Of a stretch of DNA of 64,000 nucleotides, positions 47,187 through 58,478 are shown in pieces. The notes under the pieces were generated by a model that saw only the letters and a program-made list of their open reading frames with translations, was not told the DNA's origin and did not search any database. Position 1 is the stretch's first letter. Every line of letters begins with the position of its first letter. Both the position numbers and the translations under genes were made by a program. Source of the DNA: Hyaloraphidium curvatum SAG 235-1 (lineage: Eukaryota; Fungi; Monoblepharomycota); assembly GCA_025558095.1 (NCBI GenBank), contig JAIVFI010000006.1, forward strand, positions 124,001 through 188,000, written 5' to 3'.

Positions 47187-48707
47187 ATGTCGGAGGGCGA
47201 CGCACCCGCGGAGCCGCCCGCGCCGTTCAAGCTGCTGCCGGTGGAATGGGTCGCGCTGCTGCCGCACGCGGCGGGGCGCTCCAACGCTTCGGACCCCGCG
47301 GGTGCGCGTCGCGCTTCTGACCCCCTCACGTCGACACGACTGCTCGAGCTGCTACCCGACCCACTTCTCCGCGGAGTCGTGCGCTTCCAGCTGCTTGTTG
47401 CACGGCTGCGGCCGCCGCGCTCTATGGCCTTAGTGAGCCTGCTCCACATTTTCCTGTATTGCGCGACCACCGCGATTACGCCGGTCTTCAATGCCGGCTA
47501 CTTTGCTGTGCCCCAGCTGGCGGCTGGACTGGCCACCGTGTACCTTTTCCTCCTCGTCAACACGTTGGCACTCATCCCGAGCGTCGTCACTGCGGGGCGG
47601 CTGGGGATAGTGTCGTCGGACACCGCCGCCGGCGACAGTTGTCTCGGAGCGCCAGCCCGGTGGCAGGAACTGGTGCTCTACTCTGCGGTGCGCACCCAAA
47701 ATCCGGAGGCTGTGGAGGACAAAGGAGACACAGCCGCTTCGTCTCGGTCTTCTCTCATCATTCACAACGACAATGAAGGAGAACATTGCCCTTGCCCCTC
47801 CCCGGCCTGTTCGGGTGGCCTTGCACGCAAAGCCGCGGTCGTACGCCTCGCGCTTATGCCGCTGCTCGGCATCGTTGTGTTTGTGGCACTCGACATCATT
47901 GGACAATGGACTCCTATCGTGACTTTTGCCTCGATCACATGGACTACGGCATGGTCGACCATTGTCGTCGTTTTGCAGTTTCTCACCGCAATCCCGCAAA
48001 ACTACTTTATTGCGTTTGCTTTCGCATCCACCTCTTTCGGACTGGACCACGGCAGATTCACGGCCTTCACTCGGCGGTTGCGGCGCCGGGCAATGAAGCT
48101 CGCCCTCGATTCGATGCTGGACCGCCACGAACACGCCTTCATCCATGGACCGTCAAATTCGCCCATCACATCAACATTTCCGGGCCACGAGACGTACGCT
48201 GAGCTGCACACACAGCTCGCAATCCGCTGGCAAGAAGCTGCGCACCCCGATGCGCTTTTGGAGCTTACTATGTTCTACACCGTGTTGCCGGTCGTCTGCT
48301 CCGTCGTCAACATGATTGCCGGTAGCTGCATTCCCGCCATATACATCTCGAGCCTGGTCATTGTCCTCTTCATGGTTTCCGGGGCCCTCAGCACGGCTTC
48401 AGCGAGCAACGCCTCCATCTCGGACATCTGCGATCTTTACATTGCCGCGCAGCGCCGCGCGCGCGAACTTGCAGCCGCGTACCCGCAGCCGAGCGCCACA
48501 CTGCATTCCCTGCGCGCGCACGACGCGCTCCTGTCGAGCTGCATAACTGACGCCGACCGTGCGGGGGCCAAGGTATTGGGGTTCAGGATCGGCCGCGGCA
48601 CGATACGGGCTGCTATTGCGACTCTTCTGACAATTGCCGTGGGGTTGTGGGGAATCCTGCGCGGCCTTGGAATCCGGATTACGATGGATATTGCGTGCCC
48701 AAGATGA
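47187..48707 (+). CDS. 7-TM family copy 3 (tandem paralog A)
   Basis: Intronless, 7 hydrophobic segments. H-x7-CPCPSPAC, WTPIVT, RLRRRA, GSCIP, LGFRIGRGTIRAAIATLLTIAVGLWGILRG, IACPR*. Confidence 0.85.
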   Translation: MSEGDAPAEPPAPFKLLPVEWVALLPHAAGRSNASDPAGARRASDPLTSTRLLELLPDPLLRGVVRFQLLVARLRPPRSMALVSLLHIFLYCATTAITPVFNAGYFAVPQLAAGLATVYLFLLVNTLALIPSVVTAGRLGIVSSDTAAGDSCLGAPARWQELVLYSAVRTQNPEAVEDKGDTAASSRSSLIIHNDNEGEHCPCPSPACSGGLARKAAVVRLALMPLLGIVVFVALDIIGQWTPIVTFASITWTTAWSTIVVVLQFLTAIPQNYFIAFAFASTSFGLDHGRFTAFTRRLRRRAMKLALDSMLDRHEHAFIHGPSNSPITSTFPGHETYAELHTQLAIRWQEAAHPDALLELTMFYTVLPVVCSVVNMIAGSCIPAIYISSLVIVLFMVSGALSTASASNASISDICDLYIAAQRRARELAAAYPQPSATLHSLRAHDALLSSCITDADRAGAKVLGFRIGRGTIRAAIATLLTIAVGLWGILRGLGIRITMDIACPR

Positions 48708-49022
48708 CAGTTCGGTTTCATTCAAGTGTGGTGGTCTGATCGAGCGCCAAGCTAGCCCGTTGTAAGGTCGTCGCGGTCGAACATCGTGTAGAACCAGGCA
48801 CCGTTCGCGGCCGCAAGCGTGGCGGCCAAGAACCGCAGCGGATCGACCTCGAGGCCCCGAAGAAGCGACAGAATGATGGATGATTTCTCACAGATCATGC
48901 TCAGATACGTAGCTCGAGGTCCTATGCGATGCTTGTGAACCCTTCAAGTTCATCAACTGATGATGTCACCCACGGGTCGTCGCCCTTTGCAACCTCGACC
49001 ACTCGACCACGACACTATCGCA

Positions 49023-50537
49023 ATGTCGGAGGGCGACGCGCCGGCAGAGCCGCCCGCGCCGTTCAAGCTGCTGCCGGTGGAATGGGTCGCGCTGCTGCCG
49101 CACGCGGCGTCACGGTCGAACGCGTCGGACCCGGCAGCCGCGCGGCGCTCCGCGAACCCCCTCACGTCGGCGCGTCTCCTCGCGCTGCTACCCGACAGAC
49201 TCCTCCGCGGGGTCGTGCGCTTCCAGCTGCTCGCTGCGCAGCTGCGGCCGCCGCGCTCCATCCCCCTCGTGAACCTGCTCCACGTTGTCATGTTCGGTGC
49301 GGCGACCGCGATTGTGCCTGCCTTCAACGCCGGCTACTTTGCCGTGCCCCAGCTGGCCGCAGGTCTCGCTACCGTATACCTCTTCCTCCTCATCTTCGGG
49401 CTGGCAGGCGCGTCGACCGCCGTCACTGTGTGGCGGCTTGGGATCGTGTCGTCGGACCTAGCCGCCGGCGACAGCTGCCTTGGATCCCCGGCACGGTGGC
49501 AGGAGCTTGTGGTCTACTTTGAGGGGCGCACCCAGGACCCCGAGGCCGTAGAGGGCAAGGGCGACGTAGCGACTTCGTCTCCGCTCATCGCTCACGATGA
49601 CGCTGACGGAAAGCTCTGCCCGTGTTGTCTCCCCGCTTGTTCCGGTGGCCTTAGTCGCCAAGCCGCGGTCGTACGTTTGATTCTTTTGCCACTAACTGGC
49701 CTTGTTGTGTTCGTGGCATTCGATGTCATGGGGCAGTGGACTCCTATCGTGACCTTTGCCTCGACCACATGGACTACCGTCTGGTCAACAGTTGTGATCG
49801 TTTTGCAACTTGTCAGTGGAATCCCGCAAAACTTCATGTATGCTTTCGCCTTCGACTCCACCTCATTTGGCCTCGACCAGGGCAGATTCACCATTGTTAC
49901 CCGGCGGCTGCGGCGTCGGGCAATGAAGCTCGCTGTGGATTCGATGCTGGACCGCCACGCGCACGCCTTTGTTCACGGACCGTCGCAGTCGGCCAGCACG
50001 TCAGCCTTTCCCGACCACGAGACGTACGCGCAGCTGCACGCGCAACTTGCAATCCGCTGGCAAGAAGCTGCGCACACCGACGTGCTTCTTGAAATGACTT
50101 CGATGTTTACCGCGTTGCCGGTCGTCTGCTCCGTCGTCAACATGATCGTCGGTGGCTGCATCCCCGTCATCTACGTCACGAGCCTGGTCTTTGTCCTCCT
50201 CATGGTTTCGGGGGCCCTCAGCGCGGCCTCGGCAAGCAATGCCTCTATTTCGGACATCAGCGAGCTATATGTCGCCGCCCGGCACCGCGCGCGCGAACTC
50301 GCCGCCGCGCATCCGCAGCCGAGCGCCGCTCTGCACTCTCTGCACGCGCACGACGCGCTTCTGTCGAGCTGCATCGTCGAGGCCGAGAACGCGGGCGCAA
50401 AAGTCTTGGGGTTCAGGATCGGCCGCGGAACGATCCGTGCCGCCATTGCAACTCTCCTGACAATCGCCGTGGGCTTGTGGGGCATACTGCGTGGCCTCGG
50501 GATCCGAATCTCGTTGGACATTGCGTGCCCGAGGTGA
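49023..50537 (+). CDS. 7-TM family copy 4 (tandem paralog B)
   Basis: Colinear with 47187-48707, with an identical N-terminus MSEGDAPAEPPAPFKLLPVEWVALLPHAA and an identical last helix. Confidence 0.85.
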   Translation: MSEGDAPAEPPAPFKLLPVEWVALLPHAASRSNASDPAAARRSANPLTSARLLALLPDRLLRGVVRFQLLAAQLRPPRSIPLVNLLHVVMFGAATAIVPAFNAGYFAVPQLAAGLATVYLFLLIFGLAGASTAVTVWRLGIVSSDLAAGDSCLGSPARWQELVVYFEGRTQDPEAVEGKGDVATSSPLIAHDDADGKLCPCCLPACSGGLSRQAAVVRLILLPLTGLVVFVAFDVMGQWTPIVTFASTTWTTVWSTVVIVLQLVSGIPQNFMYAFAFDSTSFGLDQGRFTIVTRRLRRRAMKLAVDSMLDRHAHAFVHGPSQSASTSAFPDHETYAQLHAQLAIRWQEAAHTDVLLEMTSMFTALPVVCSVVNMIVGGCIPVIYVTSLVFVLLMVSGALSAASASNASISDISELYVAARHRARELAAAHPQPSAALHSLHAHDALLSSCIVEAENAGAKVLGFRIGRGTIRAAIATLLTIAVGLWGILRGLGIRISLDIACPR

Positions 50538-50592
50538 CAGCTGGTTCGTTGTTGTTCAATTGTGTACGACTGTCGGACATACAGCACATCAA

Positions 50593-51843
50593 CTAGCCCG
50601 TGCGTGCGTACATGTCGTCGCCCTCCAGCAGGGTTCGGAACCAAACGTCGTTCCGCGCGGCCGCCGCCGACCACCGCTGCTGCGGGTCGACCTCGAGACA
50701 CCTCGACACCCAGGCCTTTCCCTCGCAAGAGACTCCGGCCCAATCGGATCCGTCCATTTCCGCAACCCAGCTCCGGTCGAGGAGACGCTGCAGCAGTGTC
50801 GGCGCCGGCTCCCTGCTCCTCGACTCGTCCACGCATATCGGGAAACGCCCCGAGAGCATCACGAACACCGAGACGCCGAGCGACCACAGATCCACCTCGT
50901 ACCCATACGAGCGCACGTGCTCGCCGACGAGGACCTCGGGAGCCACGTAGGGAAAAGAGCCGCACTGCGTCTGCAGCAGCCGCTGTCGGGAGCTCGGGGG
51001 AAAGGCCATCGTCGTGGCGATGCCAAAGTCCCCGAGCTTCACCGTCAGCGCAGCCGGGTGAGGGTAGGGGAATGGCACGATGGCCGGAGATGCTGGCGCT
51101 GGATTTCGGATGACGACTTGTGGAGAGTCCTTGCTCATGTCGTACACGAGTGAAGACGGTGCCGGCGAGGGAAGCCCTCCGTTCTCAGAAGTAGCGACCA
51201 GAACATTCTGCAACGAGTGTCAGTCGATAAAGAATGCGACAGAGTTCGAATTGCGCACCTCGAGCTTCAGGTCCCTGTGCACGACGCCGACGCCATGCAG
51301 GTATGCCAGCGCATCCACGAGTTGCCACGCCACGTCCCGTGCCTCACGCTCGGGGAGATATTCCCGGTCCGCAACCAGCTCGTAGAGCTCCCCGCCGGCA
51401 ACGTACTCGAACTGCAGGTACACCCGCTGCGGCGTCTCGAACGCCTCGAAGAGGCGAACGACATTCGGATGACGAACGGTCTTGGCGATGCGGACCTCGC
51501 GGAGCAGGTTTCGCAGATGCGCACGGTCCCTGATTTGCGCCTTGTCGATGACCTTCACCGCGAATGGCGTCGGCTCGTGCGGCTCGCCGGGAGGGTGGTC
51601 CGGCGGCGGGCGGGCGTGCGCGAGGACGACGGAGGACTGGGAGCCGCGACCGAGCAGCCTTCCCCAGCGGAACTTTGCCGCCAAGCTGAGGCGAGCGTCT
51701 CCGCCGAGCTCGGGATGGTCCGCGCCCGAAGTCGAGGGGTCTGTCGCCGCCGGGTGGGCGGGAAGCCCGCGCGGATCCGACGCTCCGGCGAGGCCCGTGG
51801 TCGCGCGGACGGCCAACGACCCGCCAGAACCGGAAAAGGGCAT
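50593..51843 (-). CDS. Ser/Thr protein kinase, CAMK-like
   Basis: LGRGSQS, FAVKVI, HPNVVRL, GGEL, HRDLKLE|NVL (intron 51208-51258), DFG, CGSFPYVAPE, DLWSLGV. Confidence 0.92.
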
Positions 51844-52385
51844 TGCGCTCCTGCGTAAGGGGCACCCTCTGGGTCCGCGGCGCCGCGAAAATCGTGTGGC
51901 CTTGCGACGGAGTTTTGGAGATGTTGATTTGCCGCCGGGGTACGGAGTTCCACCCTCTGCGGCTTCACTGCGTGCTTAACTCTCGACGGTCACGACGGGG
52001 AAGCAATGGAAGACTTTGGCAGAGACTTAGGCCGCGCTGCGGCACCTGCAGTGCTTTGGCCCCTGAGGATGTTGAAGTGCCACTCACGCTGTCTCCCAGC
52101 GCAAGCCACGAGCCCTCATCCATCGGATCGTCCCAGATCATCCCTCGAGGTCCACAGGCAGTGATGCGGACACATTCTAGTTGGATGCTATTGGCATACG
52201 ACGGGGCGCCGGAGTGGAGGCGGTGATCGGCGCCATCTCTGATCGGCGCCAACAATGGCGGCGGCCCGATCGCCCCGGTTATCTTGTGCGGCGCTTCCGT
52301 CTTCCGCTCCCATTCGAAGAGGCTGCCCTCCCGAGAGGACACGACCTCCGAGGTTCCTCATCTTCTCCAAAAGTTCCTACCCGCG

Positions 52386-53725
52386 ATGGCCGGAGGCTCG
52401 GAGGGCCGCAATGTGGGCCCGCCCGGCGCACCGGACGCGTCCCACCTCCCGCTCACCCACCCTCCAGGTCCGCATCCTGTTCTACGGCTTCGGCCTGATG
52501 AACCAGATCGCCCTCGGCCTGCTGCTCAGCCTGCGCCCGGCGGGGACGTGCGACATCGTCGGCGTGGTGGACCGCAACGCGTCGCGCAAAGGGCGGCCGG
52601 TCGGCGAGATCCTGCTGGAGAACCCGACCGTGAAGGACATCGTTTTCCGGCAGACGGCGAACGGGACGGCCGTCGCCACGGAGGTCCCGGAGCATGTCGC
52701 GAAGATGGTCGTGCGGGACCCCGCCGAGGCGGCCGACGTGATCCGCGAGACGAAGCCGGACGTGTGCTTCCTCGCCACGCGGGCGTTCATCAAGGAGATC
52801 GAGGCGGAGCTGGAGCTGCTGATCGAGCACGGGGTGGACGTGATGACCATCGCGGAGGAGGCGCTGTTCCCGCTCGAGTCGGAGGTGCCGGAGATGGCGG
52901 CGGCGCTCGAGGCAAAGGCGAAGGAGAAGGGGGTCAGGATCCTGGGGTGAGCTGTTCATGTCATTCGACCGAACGAGCCGGCGTTGTTGACTGCCGTGCC
53001 GTAGGACTGGTTTCAACGATTCCGGGTGGTGTGTCTTGGCACAAACCGGCGCGTCGATGGTGGGCGTTCCGGACGCCCGTGTGCCCCAACCCCCTCCGGA
53101 ACTGACGCGTTCCCGCCAGATGATCAACATGACCAAGATCGTCGCCTCCATCTCCTGGGATTGCCGCGACTACGGCTCGGCGGTCAACCAGTACGTCGGC
53201 GTCTCGCTCACCCCGGAAGCCTTCCAGAAGGAGATCGTCGAGCCGTCCCTCACGGCGCCCTCCGTGGACTCTCCCGCGTGCTACTCCATCGCCGCGGGGC
53301 TGGGACTCACGCCGCTGAAGGGCTCGCTGCGGCACGAGACGAAGCCGTTCCTCGCCAAGACGCGGCTGTACTCGGAGGCGCTCAAGACGTGGATCGAGCC
53401 GGGCAACGTCAAGGGGCAGGAGATCCAGTGCATCCTTGACACGGAGGAGGGCGTGCAGGTCGTCTGCGAGAGCCTGGGCTACCTGTTTGGCGAGCCCGGC
53501 TCGGACCTGGAGGAGGCGGAGGAGATGAAGGTCTCGATGTGGGGCGGGATCCCCGAGACCATGGTGATCAGGAGCAAGGACGTCAAGGGGCGCTTCCTGA
53601 CGTGCACGCCGATGGTCAACCGCCTCCCTCAGCTCCTGGCGGCCAAGCCGGGCTTCGTGACGCCGGACATGCTTCCGCCCCCGAGCTACCTCGCAAAGGG
53701 GATCCCGAAGATCCAAAAACCGTAG
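52386..53725 (+). CDS. DapB-like NAD(P)-dependent amine dehydrogenase (2,4-diaminopentanoate dehydrogenase/Ord family), 3 introns
   Basis: ILFYGFGLM, IVGVVD...GRPVGE, PDVCFLAT, GVDVMTIAEEALFP, AKEKGVRILGTGFND, DYG...VGVSLTPEAF, IEPGNVKG, MVNRLPQLLAAKPGFVT. Confidence 0.8.
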
Positions 53726-53835
53726 CATAATAATGTAATCGACATGGATCGAGTGGATGTGTGCCAAGAACGGACGGCGGAGGCGATGTGCTGACGGCGC
53801 CGCTCAGGGTCCGGCAAGGATCGAGCTCGTGCACC

Positions 53836-55975
53836 ATGGACGCGACTCCGGCCGGCGGCGACGCGTCTCTGCCGTCGGATTCGCAAGTCGAGACTCTTGT
53901 TGACGCGCCGGACGGCGATGCGGGGCCGGCGGAGTCGTACGGGGGCACCCGCACCGCGGACCTCACCGCGGAGGTGGCGCGCCTCGTCGCCGAGCAGGTC
54001 GCCGAGGCGTTTGCCGAGCGCGGCGACCGCGACGCGGAGGAGCCGCCGGAAGTGCCCGCGGAGTTGGCGGCGCGCGTCGTCGCCTCCGCCGGCGACGCCG
54101 CCGTCTTCGTCTGCCTGTGCGCGATGGGCCGCTTCGCGTCGAGCTCGGCGCCGCGGGCGGACGACAAGGAGGAAGCCATGCTCGGACACGACGATCTGCA
54201 GTGGTCGCGCTCGCTCTACTGCGAGCTGCTCGCGATCGCCGTGCTGAACGCCCTGCTCGAGGAGCGCGGCATCTCCCACGTCATGACGCACGTCCTCGCC
54301 GCCGTCTACCCCAACAGCGAGCCCGTGGACATGCCCGAGGGTGCGGGCCTTGCGGCTTCGCTCGTCAACAGGCTGGAGCGGATCGGCGAGGACTCGGGCC
54401 CGGAATCGGCCCTGGAGCAGGGGCTCGAGTGCGGCGCCCGCCAGTTCATCGAGCACAAGGTCGTCGCCATGACCGTCGACGCCATCTGGAACGGCACGAT
54501 CGTCTATACCGAGAACCAGAGCAGCGATCCCGAGGTCACGGTGCCCAAGCACATCGCAGACCCGGGCCACGCGGACGTCGGCTTCGGCGCGCTCTTCCGC
54601 GGCATCGGCCGCCTGCGCGTGCCGGCCAACCAGGTCCTCGTGAACCAGGCCATGTTCCTCGTCTTTCTGGTCATCTACTCGGTCCTTATCAACAACCGGC
54701 ACCAGAACCCGACGCCGCTCGAGTACGCCTTTTTCGTCTTCGGGATCAGCTACACCTTTGGCGAGCTCGCCCAGGTCGGCAAGCTCGGCATCCGGCTGTA
54801 CCTCACCGACAGCTGGAACACCGTCGACATCCTGCTGTGGACGAGCTTCACCGCCGCCCTCGTCATCCGGATCTACACCCTGGCCGAGTTCCCGCCCGCG
54901 CCCGGCATCTTTGGCATCCAGCCCGCGAGGGAGGACCTCGAGATTGATTTCAAGAAGCGCGGAAGGTCGGCCTGGGTCGAGCGCTACTACGACATTCTCT
55001 CCCTCATGGCGGTGCCGCTCTGGCTGCGGATCCTCGCCGTCTTCAACGAGTGCGTCGACCGGCGCTCCCTCCTCCTCTCACCCGCACTGACCCTCCCTTG
55101 TCGCCCCGCAGGAACGAGTTCGTCGCGACGACCATCATCACCGTGCAGCGCCTCATGCGGGACTCGCTCATGTTCCTCATCCTCCTCGTGCCCGTCACCG
55201 TCGGCTTCGCGCAGGGCATGCTCGGCCTGGAGCCCAACCGGGAGGCGTTGGACGGCGCCGGGTTCACGGGGACGTTCCTTTGGCTGCTGCGCGGGTTCAT
55301 CGGCGACCTCGGTGGGCCTCGGTCCTTGTTTGCGCCGTCGGTTCGGCGCTGATTCGGTCGGCAGACTTTGACTCGGCCGCGGATTTCGACCCCTTCTGGG
55401 GCCCGCTCTTCTACGGCGCCTACATCCTCCTCGGCTACATCATCCTGCTCAACCTCCTCGTCGCCATCTTCTGCGAGAGCTTCTCCGGTGCGTCCAACCG
55501 TGCGCCCCACCGTTCCCGTGCTCAGACCCGCCGCGCAGAGATCGTCTCGGCCTCCGGGTACCAGTTCCACGCGCAGCGCACCGTCGCCACCCTGCAGCTC
55601 TCGGACCGGCGCCGCTCGTACCCCTTCCCCGTCCCGCTCAACGTGCCCGGCTGGCTGCTGACCGCCCCCGCGCGGCTCTGCCTTCCCGCGGGGACCGCGG
55701 CGGGGTGGGTCGCCGCGGTCTGGTGGGCGCTGTGCATGCCGCTGCACGTTGCGGTGGCGGCGTGGGAGGAGGGGAGGTACTGGATCCGCGGGCTTTTCGT
55801 CGGTCCGGGGGCGGGCGGCGGGGGGAAGCGGGCGGCCGCGGGGGAGGACAAGGCGCAGGCGCCGCCGGCGGAGGAGGGGAAGGAGGCCGCGGGCGGGTTC
55901 GCTGGGTTGGTGGCGGAGCTGCTGGAGGCCAAGGTGGGATCGGACGGCGGGGAGGTCGCGGAAGGGGAGATCTAA
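53836..55975 (+). CDS. Fungal TRP cation channel, Yvc1/TRPY1-like
   Basis: CELLAI, SALE...ARQFI...VDAIWNGTI, RLRVP, LYLTDSWNTVD, LLNLLVAIF, PFPVPLN. Six TMs, three introns. Confidence 0.82.
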
Positions 55976-56170
55976 TCGCGCCGCCGGCAGTCCATCAACC
56001 AGGGACAGGCCGACCATCTACTCGCGCTCCACCGCGGCGTTCTCGAATCGTTGCCCCGCGCCATCACCACCGCGTAACGGGCCGACGCCTCTAGTTCCGC
56101 CCGCATCCTCCGGCCGCCATCCGCAAACGGCCGATGTAGCTTAAACGGCCCAAAAATCCGCCTCCGCACT

Positions 56171-57150
56171 TCACAGCCGCGCACCCTCCCCCTGTTTGAC
56201 CGGCTCCACGTCCAACCCGACCACGTCCCGCAGCCACGGCCTCACCCGCTCCGTGATCTCGCCCTCCTCCCCGTACCAGAAGTGGTCCGCGCCCTCGACC
56301 ACCTCCACCCGCAGCCGCTCCTTGTCCAGCCGCGGCAGCAGGCCCTGCCTGTAGTTCCCCGCCAGGTCGTCCTCCGAGCCGAAGAGGAGCAGCTTCGGGC
56401 CGCGGTACCGCGACGCGTTGTTCAGCACGAGCGTGCCCGAGTAGAGGGTGATCTTGTCGAGGGCGCCGAAGGGGTAGGAGATCGAGAGCCAGCCCACGAT
56501 CGGGTTGGGTTGGCCGGGAGGGGTGGGGGAGGGGGAGATCGGGGTGGGGGGGAAGGATTCGTGGGCCACGGAACCGGTGACCATCGCCTGTCGTTCGCGG
56601 GGGAGCGGGTGAGCTGCCGGGTCTCGGGAACGCGGCCAAGAAAACGCACGCCATAGGAGTACCCGCACAGGACAAAGTTTTTCGGCCGCGGCGGCGCGAA
56701 GGCGTCCGAGTAGAGCATGTAGCGGATCGCGCTGCGGATGTCGCCCTCCTCGTCCTCGCCGCTGTTGCTGGTCGAGCCGCCGCTTCGTCCGACGCCCCTA
56801 ACAAAACAGCACCGGGTGTTAGAAGGACGGGATAGGGAATTTGGGCGGAACAGCGCACCGGAAGTTGAGGCGGCACGTGCCGTAGCCGAGGCCTGCGGGA
56901 GACGTGTCAACGGAGCCCCGCCACGCCGGCCGCGCGGACGCCCACCCGTCGCGAGCTCGTGCAGCGCGGCGACCACGTTGTTGTGCATGTTGCCGCCCAT
57001 CGGGCCGTACGGGTGGCAGATGACGAAATAGGTGCCGCCGCCGTCCGCGTCGGACCGCGTGGGCCGCTGGATCCGCGCCTCGAGCTGCATCGGGTCGTAC
57101 AGCGACGGGATCATTACCGCCTCGCTGGCGTCGGGCCGGAGGTACGCCAT
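56171..57150 (-). CDS. Alpha/beta hydrolase (HPYxPMGG-type)
   Basis: CHPYGPMGGNMHNNVV, NFR|GVGRS, GYSYG, ISYP, GADHFW. Three introns. Confidence 0.88.
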
Positions 57151-57258
57151 GGCGCGGGACGCGCGCCGGAGGGCGGGGAACAGACGGCGAATCGTGGAGG
57201 TGGCGGGCCGACGCCGGGCCGAGTCCACTCATCACTCGAAGTCCTCGTACATGGTCCG

Positions 57259-58245
57259 CTACTCGGCCTTGCCGGCCTTGCCGTCCGTCTTTCCGATCTC
57301 CCCCTCCTTGCGCCGGATGACCCAGTAGAAGTACGAGCCGTACCCGATCGCGACCAGCCGCGCCAGCCCCCCGAGAAGCACCTGCGTCGCGGCCCCCCAA
57401 ATGCTCCCCGCCGGCCCCATCCCCGCCGTGGCCAAGTTCAGGAACCATCCGTCGACGCCGATGCCGATGTACGGCGTCCAGTGCTCCATGCCGTCGGCGA
57501 TCGCGCGTCCCACGACGTCGGCCGACACGGTCTCGGTGGCGGCGGTCAGCACGGCGGTCAGCGCCGGCAGGCTGCGCTTCTCCTCCTCCAGCTGCGGGGT
57601 GTCGGTGTTGGGCGGCATGCACAGCGAGACGAGCACGTTGCGGTTGTACAGCTCCTGCGAAAGCACCTCGAACAGGCCGCGCAGGGCAAACTTGGAGGCC
57701 GAGTATGCGGCGTAGCCGTAGATGCCCGCTGCGCCGGCCTGCGACGACACGATCACGACGCGGCCGCCGGTCGCGGGCACGTGCGGCACGCAGGCGCGGA
57801 TCAGGTTGGCGACGCCGACGACGTTGACCCTGAACAGGTCCACGAACTTGTCCGCGGTCGACTCCAGGAACAGCCCGGGCCCCGCCGCGCCGGCATTCGC
57901 GACGACGGCGTCGATCGCGCCGTGCGCGCCGGCGATCTCCTCGACGGCCGCGTCGACGGCCTTTTCGTCCGTCACGTCGCACGCGTGCACCGACACCTTG
58001 CCGCCCAGTGCCTCGAGCTCCTTCTTGGCCGCGTCCAGCGGCTCCCTCCGCCGCGCGAGCAGCGCCACGTGCGCGCCGCGCCGCACGAGCTCCGCCGCCG
58101 CGGCCTTGCCGATGCCCGACGACCCGCCCGAGACGACGCACACGCGCCCGCGCAGCGAGAACCGCTTGGGCGCGCCGAACCACGAGAGCGCCGCGACGAG
58201 GCTGACGCCCGCGATCACGAGGCTGGCGACCGCTGCGAGGCCCAT
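57259..58245 (-). CDS. TSC10: 3-ketodihydrosphingosine reductase (SDR)
   Basis: N-terminal TM, SGGSSGIG, YSASKFALRGL, PPNTDTP, C-terminal hydrophobic segment. Confidence 0.85.
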   Translation of the reverse strand: MGLAAVASLVIAGVSLVAALSWFGAPKRFSLRGRVCVVSGGSSGIGKAAAAELVRRGAHVALLARRREPLDAAKKELEALGGKVSVHACDVTDEKAVDAAVEEIAGAHGAIDAVVANAGAAGPGLFLESTADKFVDLFRVNVVGVANLIRACVPHVPATGGRVVIVSSQAGAAGIYGYAAYSASKFALRGLFEVLSQELYNRNVLVSLCMPPNTDTPQLEEEKRSLPALTAVLTAATETVSADVVGRAIADGMEHWTPYIGIGVDGWFLNLATAGMGPAGSIWGAATQVLLGGLARLVAIGYGSYFYWVIRRKEGEIGKTDGKAGKAE

Positions 58246-58478
58246 TTGGAGCGTGGGACGCGCAAAAGCGATGGCGGATGAAATCGGATTGGGCGCTTTA
58301 GAGCCGAATTTCTCTGGTATCGCGCAAGTCTGCCACGGGGGCTTGACTTCTTAGACGCCATCGGGCCGACTCCAAAGTCGGAGAAAACGTCCCCCAGCTC
58401 CCTCGTCGGCGGCGTCCCCCAGGCTCTGGATCTCTGGCAGCTGAAGACGAAGTTCCCGGACGTACGCAGAGTTGCGAG

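Noticed and set aside
51965-52342. 125-aa minus-strand ORF between the kinase and the dehydrogenase
   Set aside because: No motif or coding bias; probably a divergent promoter or UTR.
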